The translations under genes and the position numbers were made by a program. From an uncultured Lentisphaerales bacterium (GTDB lineage: Bacteria; Verrucomicrobiota; Lentisphaeria; JABSQK01), in contig CAYLNH010000004.1 in assembly GCA_964384625.1 (NCBI GenBank), positions 20,922 to 84,921 on the forward strand: DNA of 64,000 bases, in the 5' to 3' direction. The notes under the pieces are model-generated. The model made no database searches and was not told where the DNA came from. It saw only the letters and a program-made list of their open reading frames with translations. This document shows positions 39,508 through 49,142 of the stretch, piece by piece (positions within the stretch are counted from its first letter, which is position 1; each line of letters starts with the position of its first letter).

Positions 39508-39798
39508 TCAGCTGGCCCGCAGGAATTCCGTTTCGTAGTCGCTGATGCGGCAGTTCCCGATTTGCTCCACGTGTTCCACCACTTTGCACAACACCTGATT
39601 GCAGAAGCTCTGGTCGTTGCTGACGACCACCACCCCCAGCACAGCCAGGTTCCAGACATCCTGCGCCTCGATTTCGGCAACGGAAACGTTGAACTTGTTG
39701 CGCACCCGGTCTTTGATACGGTTCAGGACCGCCCGTTTATCTTTGAGCGAAGTCGCATGATCGATATCGAGTTCGAGCGTCAGAATACCCAGTACCAT
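39508..39798 (-). CDS. DUF503 (YlxP-like) protein
   Basis: SLKDKRAVL..NKFNVSVAE..QD motif. Confidence 0.9.
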   Translation of the reverse strand: MVLGILTLELDIDHATSLKDKRAVLNRIKDRVRNKFNVSVAEIEAQDVWNLAVLGVVVVSNDQSFCNQVLCKVVEHVEQIGNCRISDYETEFLRAS

Positions 39799-39862
39799 AA
39801 CAGCCTCAAGCAGAATGAAGCCCAAATATAGGCGGCAGCCGCGAGAAGACAAACGCCGTTGT

Positions 39863-40027
39863 CGGGTTTTGGCGAGCCCCCGTGAATGTTGATGCAGCCG
39901 ACAGACGTCCTGCGGACCGCCTCAGACGGTCTGCTTCCGAGCGTGGCCGTCCCGACCTCTTGGGAGTCGGGATCTCGTCCGCGCATCCCCGACTTCTGTT
40001 GAGAACATTGATGCTCGGCAAAACCCG
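39863..40027. repeat. structured intergenic element, copy 1 (dispersed repeat or candidate ncRNA)
   Basis: Closed by cgggttttggcgagc/gctcggcaaaacccg inverted repeat; core 39892-40011 homologous to 61117-61219. Confidence 0.8.
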
Positions 40028-40340
40028 TATCGAGCTTTCGTTGAGCGATCGCGTGCCGCCCGCCCTGAGACGGGAACAGCCCGGGGTTTTTTGGCTCGGT
40101 CACCGGCACCCGGGTGGTTGCCGCCCCGGTTTCCGCCGCCGCGGCCGGTCGGCTGCCCGCAGTGGCCGGGAACCCGAAGAGACCAGGTGTAAAACTGCAG
40201 GTGACGGAGCCGCACAGAACGCCGGGGCCGACCGCTTGAGAGTCAGGACGCCATATGGGAAAAACGGAACGAGACGGGGCGCGTCGTTGCGAGCCCCCGG
40301 CGTTCACGCTTCAGAATGAGAAATCTTACCTGCATCCGGG

Positions 40341-40368
40341 TTGAAATGGGTGGGTGACCGGATATAAT
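40341..40368 (+). promoter_or_regulatory. sigma70-like promoter TTGAAA-N16-TATAAT
   Basis: Near-consensus, about 45 nt upstream of the 40415 start. Confidence 0.6.
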
Positions 40369-40414
40369 TGAGCAATCATTGCCGATCCCGATCAAATCGG
40401 CTGGGGAAGGAGTC

Positions 40415-41149
40415 ATGGCCCTGGATCAAGCATCATCGTTCAGCCAGGCGATCACCAAGAAGGACAGACTTGGTGTGGAGTTCTGCTATATCCCGCGGAT
40501 GCGCTTTCTCCGCGGCGAGGGCAAACAGGTGGACGAGATCTTCTCCCCCTTCTACATCGCGAAATATCCGGTAACCAAAGCGCAATTCCACGAATTCCTG
40601 CGGGACACCGGTTACGACTACAGCCCGATTCACCTGGAACTGATGGACCGGATCTCGCCGGATCCGGACTGCCCCGCAACGCCGGTCAGTTGGTGGGATG
40701 CCAAGTATTATGTGCGTTGGCTGCGCTACCAGACGCAGGAATATTACAGCCTGCCGATGGAAGTGGAATGGGAAGCCGCCTGCCGCGGGACGGACGGTCG
40801 CCGCTACCCCTGGGGCAGTGATGACCCCACGGATCTGCATGCCTGTTTTTCTGCCGGTTCCGTACGCGAGGCAACCGACATTGTCGGCACGCATCCACTG
40901 GGCAACTGCGCGTTCAACTGCTGCGACATGGTGGGCAACGTCTGGGAATGGTGCCTGGATTCCATTGATGAAGACGGGGAGATTCACGTCCTGCGGGGCG
41001 GCTCCTGCCAGGAATCCGTGGCCTCCTGCACCTGCACCTCGCGATCCTTCATTTCCCCGGCCAATCTGCGCGTCAATTACGCCGGTTTCCGGGTCACCTA
41101 TCTGCCGGACCAGATGTTCGAAGAATACTGCAAGGCACACGCAGGTTGA
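40415..41149 (+). CDS. FGE/SUMF1-fold protein (Cys-rich variant)
   Basis: YPVTKAQF, PVSWWDA, LPMEVEWEAACRG, YPWG, DMVGNVWEW, LRGGS, GFR; AAGGAG RBS. Confidence 0.9.
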   Translation: MALDQASSFSQAITKKDRLGVEFCYIPRMRFLRGEGKQVDEIFSPFYIAKYPVTKAQFHEFLRDTGYDYSPIHLELMDRISPDPDCPATPVSWWDAKYYVRWLRYQTQEYYSLPMEVEWEAACRGTDGRRYPWGSDDPTDLHACFSAGSVREATDIVGTHPLGNCAFNCCDMVGNVWEWCLDSIDEDGEIHVLRGGSCQESVASCTCTSRSFISPANLRVNYAGFRVTYLPDQMFEEYCKAHAG

Positions 41150-41200
41150 ACGTCCGGTCGCCGGTTATAGAGATTCACCCCTCAACGAGACAAGACAAAC

Positions 41201-42553
41201 GTGGGTAGACTGTTTGGCACCGACGGCGTTCGCGGCAAGGCGAACGCGCATCCCATCACACCGGAAATCGCACTCAAGCTGGGCAAGGCCTTGGCCAGAA
41301 CCTTTAAGGCCTCCGGCCACGGCTCGCAGCGCGCGGTCATCGGCAAGGACACCCGGCTGTCCGGGTATATGCTGGAAAGTGCGATCACCAGCGGCATGGT
41401 CAGCATGGGGATGGATGTGTATCTGGTCGGGCCGTTGCCGACGCCGGCGGTCGCCCACCTGACCCGATCCATGGTTGCCGCCTGCGGCGTGATGATCACA
41501 GCCAGTCACAACCCGGCTGACGACAACGGCATCAAGATCTTCGGCACCGATGGATTCAAGCTCTCCGACGCCCTCGAGGAACAGGTGGAAGACCTTGTTC
41601 TCGGCGGCGAGATGGATGCCGATCATATTCGCAACGACCAGATCGGCAAAGCCCATCGTATCGACGACGCCCGCGGCCGGTATATCGAATTTGCCAAATC
41701 CACCGCCCTCGACCTCGACCTGCACGGCCTGAAAATCGTCGTCGACTGCGCCAACGGCGCAGCCTATATGCTCGGCCCGATCATCCTGCGGGAGTTGGGC
41801 GCCCAGGTCATCAAAGTCGCCACCGATCCCGACGGCTACAATATCAACCTCGGCTGCGGCGCCACCAGTCCGGCGGCTGTCGGCGCCAGGGTGCGCGACG
41901 TCGGCGCCGACATGGGAATCGCTTTTGACGGCGACGCCGACCGCGTTGTCTTCTGTGATGAACACGGTGAAGTGGTCCAGGGCGACCGCATCCTCGGTCT
42001 GTGCGCGCTGGGACTGCAGGCCGAAGGCCGGCTGGCGAAGGATACCGTTGTGGTCACTGTAATGAGCAATCTGGGACTGCACAAAGCGCTTGAGCAACGG
42101 GGCATCCAGACCGTGGTGACTCCGGTGGGCGACCGCAGCGTGATCGAGGCAATGCGGCGCGACGGCTACAATTTCGGCGGTGAGCAGTCGGGGCACATCA
42201 TCTTCATGGACCACGCGACCACGGGCGACGGCATCGTCAGTGCGCTGCAGTTGCTGAAACTGGTTCAACAGGAGAACAAGTCGCTGCGCCAGCTGGGCGA
42301 CTTCATGGACGTCTTCCCGAGCCGGCTGACGAATCTGAATGTCCGCCGGAAGGTCCCCCTGGACAAGGTCGACAACCTGCAGCAGGCCCTGAACGACTGT
42401 TCCGCGGCGTTGGCCGGGACCGGTCGTCACCTGGTCCGCTACTCCGGCACGGAAAATAAGCTGCGCATCCTGGTCGAGGCTGAAAACGAAGCCGACGTCG
42501 ATTTCTGGACCGACCGCCTGAGTACGGCCGTCACGGCGGAGTTGGGGCAATGA
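41201..42553 (+). CDS. glmM: phosphoglucosamine mutase
   Basis: FGTDGVRG, GKDTRLSGY, TASHNP, FDGDADR, GGEQSGH, RYSGTE. Confidence 0.97.
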   Translation: MGRLFGTDGVRGKANAHPITPEIALKLGKALARTFKASGHGSQRAVIGKDTRLSGYMLESAITSGMVSMGMDVYLVGPLPTPAVAHLTRSMVAACGVMITASHNPADDNGIKIFGTDGFKLSDALEEQVEDLVLGGEMDADHIRNDQIGKAHRIDDARGRYIEFAKSTALDLDLHGLKIVVDCANGAAYMLGPIILRELGAQVIKVATDPDGYNINLGCGATSPAAVGARVRDVGADMGIAFDGDADRVVFCDEHGEVVQGDRILGLCALGLQAEGRLAKDTVVVTVMSNLGLHKALEQRGIQTVVTPVGDRSVIEAMRRDGYNFGGEQSGHIIFMDHATTGDGIVSALQLLKLVQQENKSLRQLGDFMDVFPSRLTNLNVRRKVPLDKVDNLQQALNDCSAALAGTGRHLVRYSGTENKLRILVEAENEADVDFWTDRLSTAVTAELGQ

Positions 42554-43455
42554 AAGCTGAATTCCTGCCGTCTGCTCTGAGCCACGACAACTTCCTGCCG
42601 CTGACCAGTGGCCGGCAGCTGGCTGACTGCCCGGTCGCGAACGCGACCTTGCATACCGTGCAAACGGCCGAACTGGAAACTGCCGGGCTCGGAGAGGCCG
42701 CCGAACCGACTGCCCTGACGCTTTACATCTTTGACAATGCCTGGATCGACGAACGCGACCTCAACACCCTCGGCCAGACCGACATGCCGGTCGTCCTGCA
42801 GGACGTACACGGCGATGTGCTGGCCTGGACCGCTGCCGAAGCGGCTGTTGACGATACTGCCGACCTCCTCGTTACTGAACACTCGCTGCTGTTGCGACAC
42901 TCCTGGGACCTGCTGGCGCTGAACGCCCGATTGCTCAGCCGCAACTGCAAAGATGAAATCCTGGGGGACGTGGCCGACTGCGTCAAAGTCGACGGCACGA
43001 TTCGCGTCGGCGCCGGTACGCGCATCCTGCCCGGAACATACATCGAGGGTAATGTCGTCATCGGCAAGGACTGTAAGATCGGGCCGAACTGCTACCTGCG
43101 CGGACCGACAGCCATCGGCAGCGGCTGCCATGTCGGCAATGCGGTCGAAATCAAAGCGAGTATCCTGATGGACGGCGTCAGCATCGGCCATCTGAGCTAC
43201 GTCGGCGATTCCATCATCGGCTGCCGCACAAACTTCGGCGCCGGCACAATCACGGCGAACCTGCGGCATGACGGCGCCAACCAGCGGTCGGAGATCAACG
43301 GGGAACTGGTCGACACCCGCAGGCGCAAGCTCGGCGCCGTCATCGGCGACGACGTACACACGGGCATCAACACCAGCATCTATCCCGGCCGCAAGCTCTG
43401 GCCCGGCGTCTCCACGCTTCCGGGGGAAATCGTCAAATGCGACGTAAAGGGCTGA
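42550..43455 (+). CDS. GlmU-like hexapeptide-repeat acetyltransferase with vestigial N-terminal domain
   Basis: IGPNCYLRG, GNAVEIK, HLSYVGDSIIG..NFGAGTITANLRHD, RRKLGAVIGD; ATGA overlap with glmM. Confidence 0.85.
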   Translation: MKAEFLPSALSHDNFLPLTSGRQLADCPVANATLHTVQTAELETAGLGEAAEPTALTLYIFDNAWIDERDLNTLGQTDMPVVLQDVHGDVLAWTAAEAAVDDTADLLVTEHSLLLRHSWDLLALNARLLSRNCKDEILGDVADCVKVDGTIRVGAGTRILPGTYIEGNVVIGKDCKIGPNCYLRGPTAIGSGCHVGNAVEIKASILMDGVSIGHLSYVGDSIIGCRTNFGAGTITANLRHDGANQRSEINGELVDTRRRKLGAVIGDDVHTGINTSIYPGRKLWPGVSTLPGEIVKCDVKG

Positions 43456-43457
43456 CA

Positions 43458-43862
43458 ATGGCAACGGAGCACTCCTTCGGGATCGTGGCCTTTCACGCGG
43501 GCGATGTCCTGATTGTACAACACAGCGCCGGCCACTGGGGATTCCCGAAGGGCCACGCCAGGAAGGGAGAAACGCCGTTGGCCGCGGCGGCTCGCGAGTT
43601 TGAGGAAGAAACCGGCGTGACGGTGTATGAAATCCTGGACCTCCCGCCGCTGGTGGAGGAATACACGCTGCGCCGAAAGAAGAAGATTGTGCGCAAGGAT
43701 GTGACCTATTTCCTGGCCCGCGTCGACGAACCCGCCTGCCGGATCCAGGAAGAGGAACTGCTGGATCTGGCCTGGGTGACGCCGGACATCGCCCGCTCCC
43801 GACTGACCTTCGAGGAAAGCCGCCGGATCCTGGCCCAGGCTCTCGCCGCCTGGCCGCGGTGA
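43458..43862 (+). CDS. NUDIX hydrolase (Ap4A hydrolase-like)
   Basis: HWGFPKGH..GET...AAAREFEEETG. Confidence 0.9.
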   Translation: MATEHSFGIVAFHAGDVLIVQHSAGHWGFPKGHARKGETPLAAAAREFEEETGVTVYEILDLPPLVEEYTLRRKKKIVRKDVTYFLARVDEPACRIQEEELLDLAWVTPDIARSRLTFEESRRILAQALAAWPR

Positions 43863-44056
43863 TTCCTTCACCAATTGACTCCGATTCGGGCCGACGGCGA
43901 ATAGAGGGGTGTAACCCTGAAGGTGGTATGATTACCCGTCTGCTCCTGAACGGCCTGCTCCTGACGGCGGCGTGACGGCAGCCGGCGAAACCGACGGCGA
44001 TTGAGCCGCCAACCAATCCCTCACCCGCCAAACTCCAGGTGGACCGGAGGTCGACC

Positions 44057-46096
44057 ATGGAAGCAAATCGACTGGCGAATGAGTCCAGTCCCTATCTGCT
44101 GCAGCACGCGCACAACCCCGTCGACTGGTATCCGTGGGGCGAAGCAGCCTTCGCCCGGGCGGGGGCAGAAAACAAGCCCATATTCCTGTCCATCGGTTAC
44201 GCCACCTGCCACTGGTGCCACGTGATGGAACGAGAGTCGTTCGAAGACGAAGATGTCGCCGCCCTGCTCAACCGCGACTTCGTCTGCATCAAGGTCGACC
44301 GTGAAGAACGGCCGGACATCGACGCGGTCTATATGACGGTCACGCAGGCGATGACCGGGCGCGGCGGCTGGCCGATGACAATCGTCATGACACCGGAAAA
44401 AAAGCCCTTCTTCGCGGGCACCTACTTCCCCAAGGAGAGCCGGCCCGGCCGCGGCATCGGCATCCTCGAATTGCTGCCGGCCCTGGCCAAAGCCTGGCGC
44501 GAACAACCGGACGACGTCCGGCAGACCGCCGACCGGGTCACGCAAGGAATTGCATCCGGTTCGACCCTGGCGGCGGAAGACCTGCCGGCAAAGATCCTCG
44601 ACACGGCCGAAACTCATCTCGCGGCCGCCTTCGACGCGGACCACGGCGGTTTCGGGTCGGCGCCGAAATTCCCGACACCGCAGAATCTGGTGTATCTTCT
44701 GCGCCGCTATTCCCGCCGCAGGGATCGCAAACTGCTGGACATGGTCGAAACCACCCTGTTGGCAATGCGCCTCGGCGGCGTCTACGACCACATCGGTTTC
44801 GGGTTCCACCGGTATTCAACGGACAGCCGCTGGCTGGTACCGCATTTCGAGAAGATGCTGTACGACCAGGCTTTGCTGGCCATCGCCTACCTGGAGGCGT
44901 ACCAGGTGACCGGCAACGACCTCTACGCCCGGACCGCGCGCGAAATATTCAGATACGTCCAGCGCGATCTGACGGATCCCGCGGGCGGCTTCTACAGCGC
45001 TGAAGACGCCGACAGCGAAGGCGAAGAAGGGAAATTCTATCTCTGGCGCCGGCAGGAACTCAAGGACCTCCTTGGCAACGACGCGGACGGATTTATCCAG
45101 GCGTACGGCGTTGTCGCCGCAGGCAACTACAACGACGAAGCCACCGGCCGCAAGTCCGGCGCCAACATCCTGCATCTCTCGGACAGCAAGGACATCGACC
45201 GGTTTGAGAACCAGCGGTCGCGCCTGCTGCAGGAACGGACTACGCGTCCCCGGCCATTGCTGGACGACAAGATTCTGACGGACTGGAACGGACTGATGAT
45301 TGCCGCCCTGAGCCGCGGCGCCCAGGTCCTCGACGAACCGGCCTACGCGGCTGCGGCCACCCGCGCGGCCGACTTTGTGCTCACCCGGCTGCGCCGCCGC
45401 ACCGGCGAACTCATGAAGCGTTTCCGCCGCGGCAAGGCCGGACTCCCGGCGCATCTGGAAGACTATGCCTTCCTGGTCTGGGGCCTGCTTGAGCTCTATG
45501 AGGCCCGGCTGGAAACAGCGCCTTTGAAAGCGGCGCTGGAGTTGAGTGAAATCATGATCCGCCAGTTCCGGCATTCCGACGGCGGCTTCTACCTGACCGC
45601 AGCGGACAGCGAGGCACTGCCCTACCGGCATATTGACTTCTATGACGGCGCCATTCCGTCGGGCAACGCCGTGGCGGCGGCAAACCTGCTCCGCCTGGCG
45701 CACATGACCGGCCGCGAAGACTTGCGGGACGAGGCGCACGGCATCTTCAGGGCGGCCGCCGGCCGCGTCAAGGCGCATCCCCGGGGGTACCTGGCCCTGT
45801 TGAGCGCCCGTGACTTCGCCGCCGGCCCGGTACGGGAAATCGTCATTGCCGGCGACCCGGAAGACGACGGCGCGGCCGCCATGATCAAGGCAATCCGGCA
45901 ACACTACCTGCCGCGCCGGGTGCTGTTGCTGCACCGCCCGGACGATCGGGAGTTGGCCGCCATTGCCCCGTACATCGATCCCCTGCGCCCCATCGACGGC
46001 AACGCCGCCGCCTACATTTGCGAGAACCACACCTGCGCCCTGCCGGTGGGAACAGTCCGGGAAATGCTCGAAAACCTCGGAGTGGGCAAGCCTTGA
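44057..46096 (+). CDS. YyaL/SSP411-like thioredoxin-domain protein (DUF255)
   Basis: [38 protein letters not shown]; GGAGG RBS; possible 5' extension to 43928 through a TGA. Confidence 0.95.
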   Translation: MEANRLANESSPYLLQHAHNPVDWYPWGEAAFARAGAENKPIFLSIGYATCHWCHVMERESFEDEDVAALLNRDFVCIKVDREERPDIDAVYMTVTQAMTGRGGWPMTIVMTPEKKPFFAGTYFPKESRPGRGIGILELLPALAKAWREQPDDVRQTADRVTQGIASGSTLAAEDLPAKILDTAETHLAAAFDADHGGFGSAPKFPTPQNLVYLLRRYSRRRDRKLLDMVETTLLAMRLGGVYDHIGFGFHRYSTDSRWLVPHFEKMLYDQALLAIAYLEAYQVTGNDLYARTAREIFRYVQRDLTDPAGGFYSAEDADSEGEEGKFYLWRRQELKDLLGNDADGFIQAYGVVAAGNYNDEATGRKSGANILHLSDSKDIDRFENQRSRLLQERTTRPRPLLDDKILTDWNGLMIAALSRGAQVLDEPAYAAAATRAADFVLTRLRRRTGELMKRFRRGKAGLPAHLEDYAFLVWGLLELYEARLETAPLKAALELSEIMIRQFRHSDGGFYLTAADSEALPYRHIDFYDGAIPSGNAVAAANLLRLAHMTGREDLRDEAHGIFRAAAGRVKAHPRGYLALLSARDFAAGPVREIVIAGDPEDDGAAAMIKAIRQHYLPRRVLLLHRPDDRELAAIAPYIDPLRPIDGNAAAYICENHTCALPVGTVREMLENLGVGKP

Positions 46097-46098
46097 AT

Positions 46099-46566
46099 TC
46101 AGGCGTCCTTCTTTTTCTTGGCCGCCTCGCGCAACAACTGGTTGATCGTCTCGGTAAACCGGGAGATCTCGAAATCCCCTTTCAGCAACACCGCATCCGT
46201 CTGTTCACGGATGCGCTCGAACTCCTCGTAAGACAGCGAAAGGCCGGTCAGCGCGATGATCGGCAGTTCGGCATAGCGCTCCGAATTCCGCACATACTCC
46301 ACCAGCTTCCAGCCGCTCTGGACCGGCATCAGCAGGTCCACCACCAGCAAGTCAAAGCCCTGCTCGTCATCCCGCAAGTAATCCTCGCCTTCACTGCCGT
46401 TGCCGGCCATTACGGTGATGAACCCCTGCGCCGTCAGAATCCGACCGAAAAACTCAAGCAGGAACTTGTCGTCGTCGACCAATAGAATCCGTTGGGATTT
46501 CAGCGGCGGGGTAATCCGGTACAGCGGGATTTCTTCGGTCTTGTCCGGCTTGGGTTTGGTTGGCAT
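46099..46566 (-). CDS. single-domain response regulator receiver
   Basis: ILLVDDD, VVDLLMP..SG, IIALTG, LLKG. Confidence 0.9.
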   Translation of the reverse strand: MPTKPKPDKTEEIPLYRITPPLKSQRILLVDDDKFLLEFFGRILTAQGFITVMAGNGSEGEDYLRDDEQGFDLLVVDLLMPVQSGWKLVEYVRNSERYAELPIIALTGLSLSYEEFERIREQTDAVLLKGDFEISRFTETINQLLREAAKKKKDA

Positions 46567-46720
46567 GCGTGATAATACCTCTGTCCGTCTGCCCCCGGTA
46601 ATCAGGGCGTCAACGGGTTGATTCGGCAGGCTTCCGAAGTCTAGTAGCGCCTACCGGCTTACTATAGTTGTCAGACCGCCGAAATCAACCTCTCGAATGC
46701 AACGCAAACGGGTATGAACA

Positions 46721-47227
46721 ATGTCTCCTTCGCCAACAGAAACAAACCGGTTTACGATCCGCCCGATGGTTGCCGACGAAGTGGCCGCGGTCGCCGCGAC
46801 CCTGCAGTACTACGCCAGTCGTGCCGTTCTGTTGTGGCGAGAACCGGAGGAGATCCTGGCCCACCTGGACAGCTTTCTGGTGGCGGCAGATCAGGAGAGC
46901 GTCCGCGGCTGTGTCGCCCTGCAGGACTTCGGCAATGGACTGTACGAGGTGCGCTCGCTGGCAGTCCACCATGAATATACCGGGCGCGGCATCGGCGCCG
47001 CTCTGGTTCAGGGCAGTATTGCCAAAGCCCGGGGGCAACAGGCCAGAGAGGTCTTCGCTTTGACCAAGAAGGTTGCCTTCTTCCAACGGTTCGGGTTCCG
47101 CCTTGAGGCGAAGGAGCGCTTCCCACAGAAAGTCTGGCGTGACTGCCAGAAGTGCCCGAAACGGGAGCATTGCGATGAGACGGCCGTGGCAATCTGGCTC
47201 TCGGCCCCGGAATCAGACAAGGAGTAG
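46721..47227 (+). CDS. GNAT N-acetyltransferase (short ArgA-like)
   Basis: EVRSLAV..GRGIG, VFALT, FPQKVWRDCQKCPK..CDE. Confidence 0.88.
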   Translation: MSPSPTETNRFTIRPMVADEVAAVAATLQYYASRAVLLWREPEEILAHLDSFLVAADQESVRGCVALQDFGNGLYEVRSLAVHHEYTGRGIGAALVQGSIAKARGQQAREVFALTKKVAFFQRFGFRLEAKERFPQKVWRDCQKCPKREHCDETAVAIWLSAPESDKE

Positions 47228-47255
47228 TTGACAATCCCATCAGTCGCACTAGTGT
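47228..47255 (+). promoter_or_regulatory. sigma70-like promoter TTGACA-N16-TAGTGT
   Basis: Perfect -35 directly after the GNAT stop codon. Confidence 0.45.
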
Positions 47256-47489
47256 GCGACCTCGAAAATTCGGCGCACAGGATTTGTGGCTCCGAATACC
47301 GGTGTCCGCCCCTTCAGGGCTGGCGCCGATCATGGCTGGTGCTTCGCCTGGAGCAGTCCTGGTTCCCGGCGCGGCATCAGCAACGATCAGCGCGAGCTGC
47401 TTGAGGAGACGAACAGCAAAGTCGAGGGCCGGACATGCACCGGGCCTTGCTTTCAGAAATTGTAGAGTACGCTCAACTGGAGATTGACC

Positions 47490-47672
47490 ATGCCCCAGAT
47501 CAAAGGCAAACGTCAGGTTGTGATCCTTGAATGCACCGAAGCCAGAGGCGAAGGCAAACAGCCGTCCCGCTATATGACGACGAAGAACAAGGCCAATACG
47601 CCCAAGCGCCTGGAGCTGAAGAAGTACAACCCCTTCCTGCGGCGCCACACCCTGCATCGCGAAATCCGCTGA
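47490..47672 (+). CDS. rpmG: 50S ribosomal protein L33 (non-zinc form)
   Basis: [41 protein letters not shown]. Confidence 0.95.
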   Translation: MPQIKGKRQVVILECTEARGEGKQPSRYMTTKNKANTPKRLELKKYNPFLRRHTLHREIR

Positions 47673-47685
47673 CACAGGCTCCCTG

Positions 47686-48078
47686 ATGGCAACGCTGTTC
47701 ACCAGGATCATCCACGGCGAGATCCCGTCCCACAGCATCGCGGAGGATGATCAATTCTTCGCCTTTCTGGACATCAACCCGATCAACCCCGGGCACACGA
47801 TCGTCGTCCCCAAGGTGGAAACCGACCGCTTCTTTGATCTTGACGAGGCAGATCTGAGCGGCATCCTGCCGTTCGCCAAGCCGATCGCTGCAGCGATCGA
47901 AACGGTGGTCGACTGCAACCGGGTCGGTCTACTGGTGGCGGGCCTGGAAGTGCCGCATGCGCACCTGCATCTGGTGCCGATTACGGGCACCGGCGAACTG
48001 ACCTTCGCCAAGGCGAAAGCGGCGGACCTGGACGACCTGGCGGCAATGGCAAAGAAGATCCGCAACGCCCTCGGCTGA
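47686..48078 (+). CDS. HIT family protein
   Basis: AFLDINPINPGHT, VPHAHLHLVP. Confidence 0.93.
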   Translation: MATLFTRIIHGEIPSHSIAEDDQFFAFLDINPINPGHTIVVPKVETDRFFDLDEADLSGILPFAKPIAAAIETVVDCNRVGLLVAGLEVPHAHLHLVPITGTGELTFAKAKAADLDDLAAMAKKIRNALG

Positions 48079-48085
48079 TTCCGGG

Positions 48086-49138
48086 TCAGTCGTCTTCCTC
48101 TCGCTCGAGTTCCGCCAACCGTCGCTCCAGCCGGCGCACGCGCTTGAGCAGGTCCGGCAACTTCCGCAAGGCAGCCGTCTCCCGCATGAAATCCCGACGG
48201 TCCCGACCCGGGAAGCCGACCAGTTCCGCGCCGGGCTCCACGTCACCGAAGGGCGCGGTCTTGGCCATGAGCTTCGCGCGATCGCCGACTTCCAGGTGAC
48301 CGGGCACCCCGGACTGACCGAAGAGCGCACACAACCGGCCAAGCCGGGCGCTGCCGGCAATGCCGACCTGGGCCATCAGAAAACTGCCCTCGCCCACAAC
48401 CACATTGTGCGCCACCTGCACGAGGTTGTCGATCTTGACGTTGCGCTGAATCCAAGTTCGCCCGAAACGCGCCCGATCAACTGTCGTACCGGCGCCGATT
48501 TCGACGTCGTCATCAATCTGCACAATGCCGCGCTGCGGCAGCTTCAAATGCGGGCCGCCGGTGGGGTCCGGCTCGAAGCCGAAACCATCGCTCCCGATCA
48601 CCGCGCCGCAATGGATGATCACGCGATGCCCGATCTGCACGCGTTCGCGAATGGAGACGTTCGGGTAGATCCAGCAGTCATCGCCGATCCGGGCTTCCGT
48701 CCCCACGTACACGCCGGCGCCGATAATCGTGTTGTCGCCAATCACCGCATCGGCTTCAATCACCGCACAGGCCCCCACGTGCACACCCGTCCCGAGCTCC
48801 ACCCCGGCGGCCACAACAGCTTGCGGACTGATGCCGGGGACCGGGCGGGGGGGCGGCGGCAGGAACACGTCGATGATCCGGCTGAATGCGGCTGAGGGAT
48901 TGTCGCACTTCACCCAGCAGCACCCCGCCGCCGATTCGCCGGCGAAGTCCGTCGGCACGAGCACGATTGCGGCCCGGGAGGCAGCAACCTGACCGGCATA
49001 TTTCGGGTTGGCCAGGAACGACAGCTCCCGGGGGCCGGCTTCACCCAGTCCCGCCACTCCGGAGACCACTGCGGTCTCGTCACCAACCAGTTCGCCATCC
49101 ACCTGGGCGGCAATCTGCTTCGCCGTCAAACTCGGCAT
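48086..49138 (-). CDS. lpxD: UDP-3-O-(3-hydroxyacyl)glucosamine N-acyltransferase
   Basis: LSFLANPKY, IGSDGFGF, KIDNLVQVAHN. Confidence 0.96.
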   Translation of the reverse strand: MPSLTAKQIAAQVDGELVGDETAVVSGVAGLGEAGPRELSFLANPKYAGQVAASRAAIVLVPTDFAGESAAGCCWVKCDNPSAAFSRIIDVFLPPPPRPVPGISPQAVVAAGVELGTGVHVGACAVIEADAVIGDNTIIGAGVYVGTEARIGDDCWIYPNVSIRERVQIGHRVIIHCGAVIGSDGFGFEPDPTGGPHLKLPQRGIVQIDDDVEIGAGTTVDRARFGRTWIQRNVKIDNLVQVAHNVVVGEGSFLMAQVGIAGSARLGRLCALFGQSGVPGHLEVGDRAKLMAKTAPFGDVEPGAELVGFPGRDRRDFMRETAALRKLPDLLKRVRRLERRLAELEREEDD

Positions 49139-49142
49139 CGGC

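Noticed and set aside
39780-40319. ORFs spanning the repeat elements (also 61064-61509), sharing the peptide SEAxRLRRSAGRL
   Set aside because: The similarity is explained by the shared nucleotide repeat; frames diverge outside it and composition is non-coding-like
40040-40320. Cobalamin riboswitch-like fragments
   Set aside because: Conserved B12-box elements are not present in the right order, and the adjacent genes are unrelated
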